The translations under genes were made by a program, and so were the position numbers. A model generated the notes under the pieces. That model was not told where the DNA came from. It did not search any database and was given only the letters and a program-made list of their open reading frames with translations. Below, one piece after another: positions 33,328 through 39,143 of a stretch of DNA of 39,143 nt. The stretch covers positions 1 through 39,143 of the forward strand of contig CAYGUQ010000001.1 in NCBI GenBank assembly GCA_964352995.1, read 5' to 3'. Numbering within the stretch: the stretch's first letter is position 1; every line of letters begins with the position of its first letter. Origin of the DNA: an uncultured Rhodobacterales bacterium. Lineage in GTDB: Bacteria; Pseudomonadota; Alphaproteobacteria; Rhodobacterales; Rhodobacteraceae.

Positions 33328-34029
33328 TCACTCGCAGTCCTTCAGGGCCGCGTGCGGGGCGGAGAGGAACTCGCGCGACCAGACCAGCCAGCCGACGGCG
33401 ACCGTCGCGGCGGCCAGACCCCACGGGCCGATCAGCCAGCCCAGCGCGGCGAGCGCGAAGTAGAGCGAGCGCAGGCCGCGGTTGAAGTTGTGGGCGGCGC
33501 GGATGTTGAGGGCGGCCGCCATGTCGGCGCGGGGCAGGGCGCGGGGGTCCTCCGGGTCGAGCGGCACGGAGGCCATCGCCACGGCGCTGTAGGCGAAGAC
33601 GCGGGTGGACCAGACGAAGCGCAGGAAGGCGTGGGCGAGAAACAGCACCACCAGCGCCAGCTTCATGCGCCAGAGCAGGTGCGGCGCGTCAGCGCCGGAG
33701 AGGCCTCCGGCGGCCTCCTCCAGCGGCTCGGGGTTGCCGATCAGCGCCAGCGCGCCGCCCACGGCGATCAGCGTGGTGGAGGCGAAGAAGGCGGCGCCCT
33801 CGCGCAGGCCGGCGAGGATGGTCGCGTCGAAGATCTTCTGCTCACGGCGGATGAACTGGCGCATCCACTCGCGCCGGTAGGTCTCCATCAGCACCGCGAC
33901 CGAGGGGCGGCGCGCGCCGGGATGTTCGATGCGCCAGCCGAGGACGGACGCGGTCAGCAGCAGGAACCCCACCGCGGCGAGGTCGTAGGGCGTCAGCAGC
34001 GCCAGCGCGTCCTTCAGCGTCATCTCCAT
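33328..34029 (-). CDS. DUF599 family membrane protein
   Basis: YRREWM, IFDATILAGLREGAAFFAST, AFLRFVWS-x-R-x-F-x-Y, FNRGLRSLYF. Several transmembrane segments. Start may be 34029 or 34023. Confidence 0.82.
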   Translation of the reverse strand: MEMTLKDALALLTPYDLAAVGFLLLTASVLGWRIEHPGARRPSVAVLMETYRREWMRQFIRREQKIFDATILAGLREGAAFFASTTLIAVGGALALIGNPEPLEEAAGGLSGADAPHLLWRMKLALVVLFLAHAFLRFVWSTRVFAYSAVAMASVPLDPEDPRALPRADMAAALNIRAAHNFNRGLRSLYFALAALGWLIGPWGLAAATVAVGWLVWSREFLSAPHAALKDCE

Positions 34030-34119
34030 GGCGCGCCACTCTAGCGAGGCGGCGGCGGCGCGCCAGCGGGCTTTGCTTTCGGGCGCGCGCTCGCCTATCG
34101 CAGGGCGGAGGAGGCGCGC

Positions 34120-35184
34120 ATGGACGACATCATCTTCGAGCGGCGCGGCGGGCTGGGTCTCGTCACGCTCAATCGGCCGAAGGCGCTGAACGCGCTGACG
34201 CACGCCATGGCGCTGGCGCTCGACGCGCGGCTGCGCGACTGGCGCGACGACGCCGGCGTGCAGGCGGTGGCGATCGTCGGCGCGGGCGAGCGGGCGTTCT
34301 GCGCCGGCGGCGACGTGCGCGCATTGTGGGAGGCCGGGCGCGGCGACCCCGCGCGGGAAGGCGTGCGGAACTGGGGCTTCTACGCCGACGAGTATCGGCT
34401 GAACGCGCTGATCCATCGCTATCCCAAGCCCTATGTCGCGTTCATGGACGGGATCGTGATGGGCGGGGGCGTCGGCGTCTCGATCCACGGCGCGCGGCGC
34501 GTCTCGGGCGACGCGACGCTGTTCGCCATGCCGGAGACCGGGATCGGCCTGTTTCCCGACGTCGGCGCGACGTGGTTCCTGCCGCGGCTGCCGGGCGAGA
34601 CGGGAATGTGGCTGGGGCTGACCGGCGCCCGGCTGAAGGCGGCGGACGCGGGCGCGGCGGGGCTGTGCGACCTCCACGTGCCCTCCGCGGCGCAGGCGGC
34701 GGCGCTGGCGGCGCTGGCGGCGGCGGATCTCTCAGGGGGGCTGGCGGCGGTGGACGCCGCGCTGGCGCCCTTCGCCGCCGACCCCGGCCCCGCGGCGCTG
34801 CCCGCGCTCAGGCCCGACATCGACCGGCTGTTCTCGGGCGAAAGCGTCGAGGCCGTGCTGGCGGCGCTCGACGGCGCCGGCGGGGCGTGGGCCGCGGCGC
34901 AGGCGACGACGATCCGCGCCAAGTCGCCGAGTTCGACCCGGATCGCCTTCCGGCAGTTGCGCGAGGGGCGGACGCTCGATTTCGCGGCGTGCATGGCGCT
35001 GGAGCACCGGCTCGCGCGGTTCTGCATGGTCACGCCGGACTTCTACGAGGGCGTGCGGGCGGTGGTGATCGACAAGGACGGCGCGCCGCGCTGGCGGCCG
35101 GCGACGCTGGCGGAGGCCGACGACGCCCATGTCGCGCCGGCCTTCGCGCCGCTGACGGAGGGCGCGGCGCTGGCGCTCGATTGA
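34120..35184 (+). CDS. Enoyl-CoA hydratase/isomerase family, 3-hydroxyisobutyryl-CoA hydrolase-like
   Basis: GGAGGAGG RBS. TLNRPKALNALT, AFCAGGDV, EYRLN, GIVMGGGVG, AMPETGIGLFPDVG, DFYEGVRA-x2-IDKD-x2-PRW. Confidence 0.92.
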   Translation: MDDIIFERRGGLGLVTLNRPKALNALTHAMALALDARLRDWRDDAGVQAVAIVGAGERAFCAGGDVRALWEAGRGDPAREGVRNWGFYADEYRLNALIHRYPKPYVAFMDGIVMGGGVGVSIHGARRVSGDATLFAMPETGIGLFPDVGATWFLPRLPGETGMWLGLTGARLKAADAGAAGLCDLHVPSAAQAAALAALAAADLSGGLAAVDAALAPFAADPGPAALPALRPDIDRLFSGESVEAVLAALDGAGGAWAAAQATTIRAKSPSSTRIAFRQLREGRTLDFAACMALEHRLARFCMVTPDFYEGVRAVVIDKDGAPRWRPATLAEADDAHVAPAFAPLTEGAALALD

Positions 35185-35321
35185 GGCGACGCACCGCGCT
35201 TGCGCCAGAGAATCGCCATGACGTCGCCTTGAAGCGCGGGCACGTCCCGAACCGTTAACGGCGTGTGTTCGGGCCGCGCGTTGCGTTGGCGGCTCGCCGG
35301 CGGGCGGGCGCGGCGAGCCGG

Positions 35322-38216
<2,895 letters not shown>

Positions 38217-38486
38217 GCGCCGCCTCCTGCCGATCAATCCCGCTACATAGCGGCCGGGAGGGCCTGCGGCGAGGGGCTGGCGGCGAGAACGCGGTCGCCT
38301 GAACCGTCGGGGGCCTCTTCTACGAAGCCGATTCCAATAGCTGAAGTTTTGCGCAAAAAACGTTCATATCGTGGGGCGCTGGCAGTATTGACGGCCTCGA
38401 CCGAAATAAAAAACGGGCGCGTTAGGCGAACGTTGACGATCTGGCCGCTAGTTCGGGAATTGTCTATATCTGGCGAAGGTGGGTCC

Positions 38487-39143
38487 ATGCCAGCCGCCCT
38501 GCTGTCACATAGCGCCCTTGCGGCGGCCTGCGGCGGGACCGCCGCGCTCGCCGCCGTCGCGGCGGCGCTCGGGTACGTGCCCTCCGTGGCCGCTGCGGCG
38601 TCCGCGGCGCTGCTCGCCTGCGCGGCCGCCGCCTGCGCCTGGTTCGCGTCCGCGGCGGCGGAGAAGGTTTCGCGGGCGGCGCAGGAGGCGACGACGGCGG
38701 CCGACGCGGCCCAGGCCGACGCGGCCATGGCTGACGCAGCCAAGTCTGAGGCGGCTCCGGGCGACGCGGCGGTCGCGCTGGGCGAGGCGGCCGCGATCGT
38801 ATCGGCCGGCAGGTTCACCGAGAGGGTTTCGACGCTGGGCGCGGATGCGGTCAACCGGGCGCTGGAGGCGGCGCAGAGCGCCGTCGACGAGGCCATGGCG
38901 CTGGCCGACCTGCTCTCGGGCGGCGACCTCTCCGTCACGGCGTCGCGCGCGCATCAGGGCGGCTACGACACGCTGCTGCGGGCGCTCGACCGCGTCTCCT
39001 CCGGCCTGCGCGACACCTTCTCCGCGGTGCAGGACGCCGCGGCCGACATGAACGCGCAGTCGCGCACGCTGAGCGGCGACGCCGACGCGCTGACCGGCGC
39101 TATCGAGGAGCAGAACGGCGCGCTGGACGGCGCGCGGGCCGCG
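38487..39143 (+). CDS. Probable methyl-accepting chemotaxis protein, N-terminal part; runs off the window end and is absent from the ORF track
   Basis: My translation from ATG 38487 is open to the end. It has two hydrophobic segments, HAMP-like GRFTERV and GDLS-x6-HQGGYDTLLRALDR, then LRDTFSAVQDAAADMNAQSRTLSGDADALTGAIEEQ, resembling the start of an MCP signalling helix. Confidence 0.7.
   Translation, partial: MPAALLSHSALAAACGGTAALAAVAAALGYVPSVAAAASAALLACAAAACAWFASAAAEKVSRAAQEATTAADAAQADAAMADAAKSEAAPGDAAVALGEAAAIVSAGRFTERVSTLGADAVNRALEAAQSAVDEAMALADLLSGGDLSVTASRAHQGGYDTLLRALDRVSSGLRDTFSAVQDAAADMNAQSRTLSGDADALTGAIEEQNGALDGARAA

Noticed and set aside
38217-38486. Alphaproteobacterial LexA box (GTTC-N7-GTTC) upstream of uvrA
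   Set aside because: GAAC and GTTC tetramers occur (38287, 38301, 38362, 38428, 38451), but none pair at the required 7-nt spacing.

Overview
This is a very GC-rich chromosomal segment. Gene content (VPLPA-CTERM protein, DUF1127, metA with its upstream ATPase, Zn-independent HemB) points to an alphaproteobacterium, probably Rhodobacterales-like; this is an inference. It holds about 30 protein-coding genes. I found no rRNA, tRNA, CRISPR array or mobile element. Left to right: (1) the tail of an uncharacterised catabolic operon (sugar-type ABC ATPase, beta-hydroxyacid dehydrogenase, ThuA, a winged-helix/solute-binding-protein fusion, and an M24 hydrolase with an altered metal site); (2) a secreted serine hydrolase; (3) metA with an upstream P-loop NTPase; (4) an RHH regulator/glyoxalase/Tat subunit/GMC oxidoreductase cluster; (5) tpm; (6) an unannotated 25-codon ORF with a 16-nt complement to the 16S rRNA tail and a downstream terminator; (7) a HAD phosphatase plus queuosine-precursor transporter, DUF1127 and icd; (8) a VPLPA-CTERM gene cut by one in-frame TAA; (9) a TrmJ-chorismate mutase fusion, a GghA-like hydrolase and hemH; (10) a ~2400-aa secreted phosphatase/5'-nucleotidase/nuclease behind tandem Pho-box-like repeats; (11) a PQQ sugar dehydrogenase, hemB, valine-catabolism genes split by DUF599, uvrA and the start of a chemoreceptor. 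The best candidates for something undescribed are the wHTH-SBP/M24 operon, the giant DNA-to-phosphate enzyme, the TrmJ-chorismate mutase fusion and the small ORF with the extended Shine-Dalgarno (SD) sequence. All family calls come from motif recognition by eye, not database searches.
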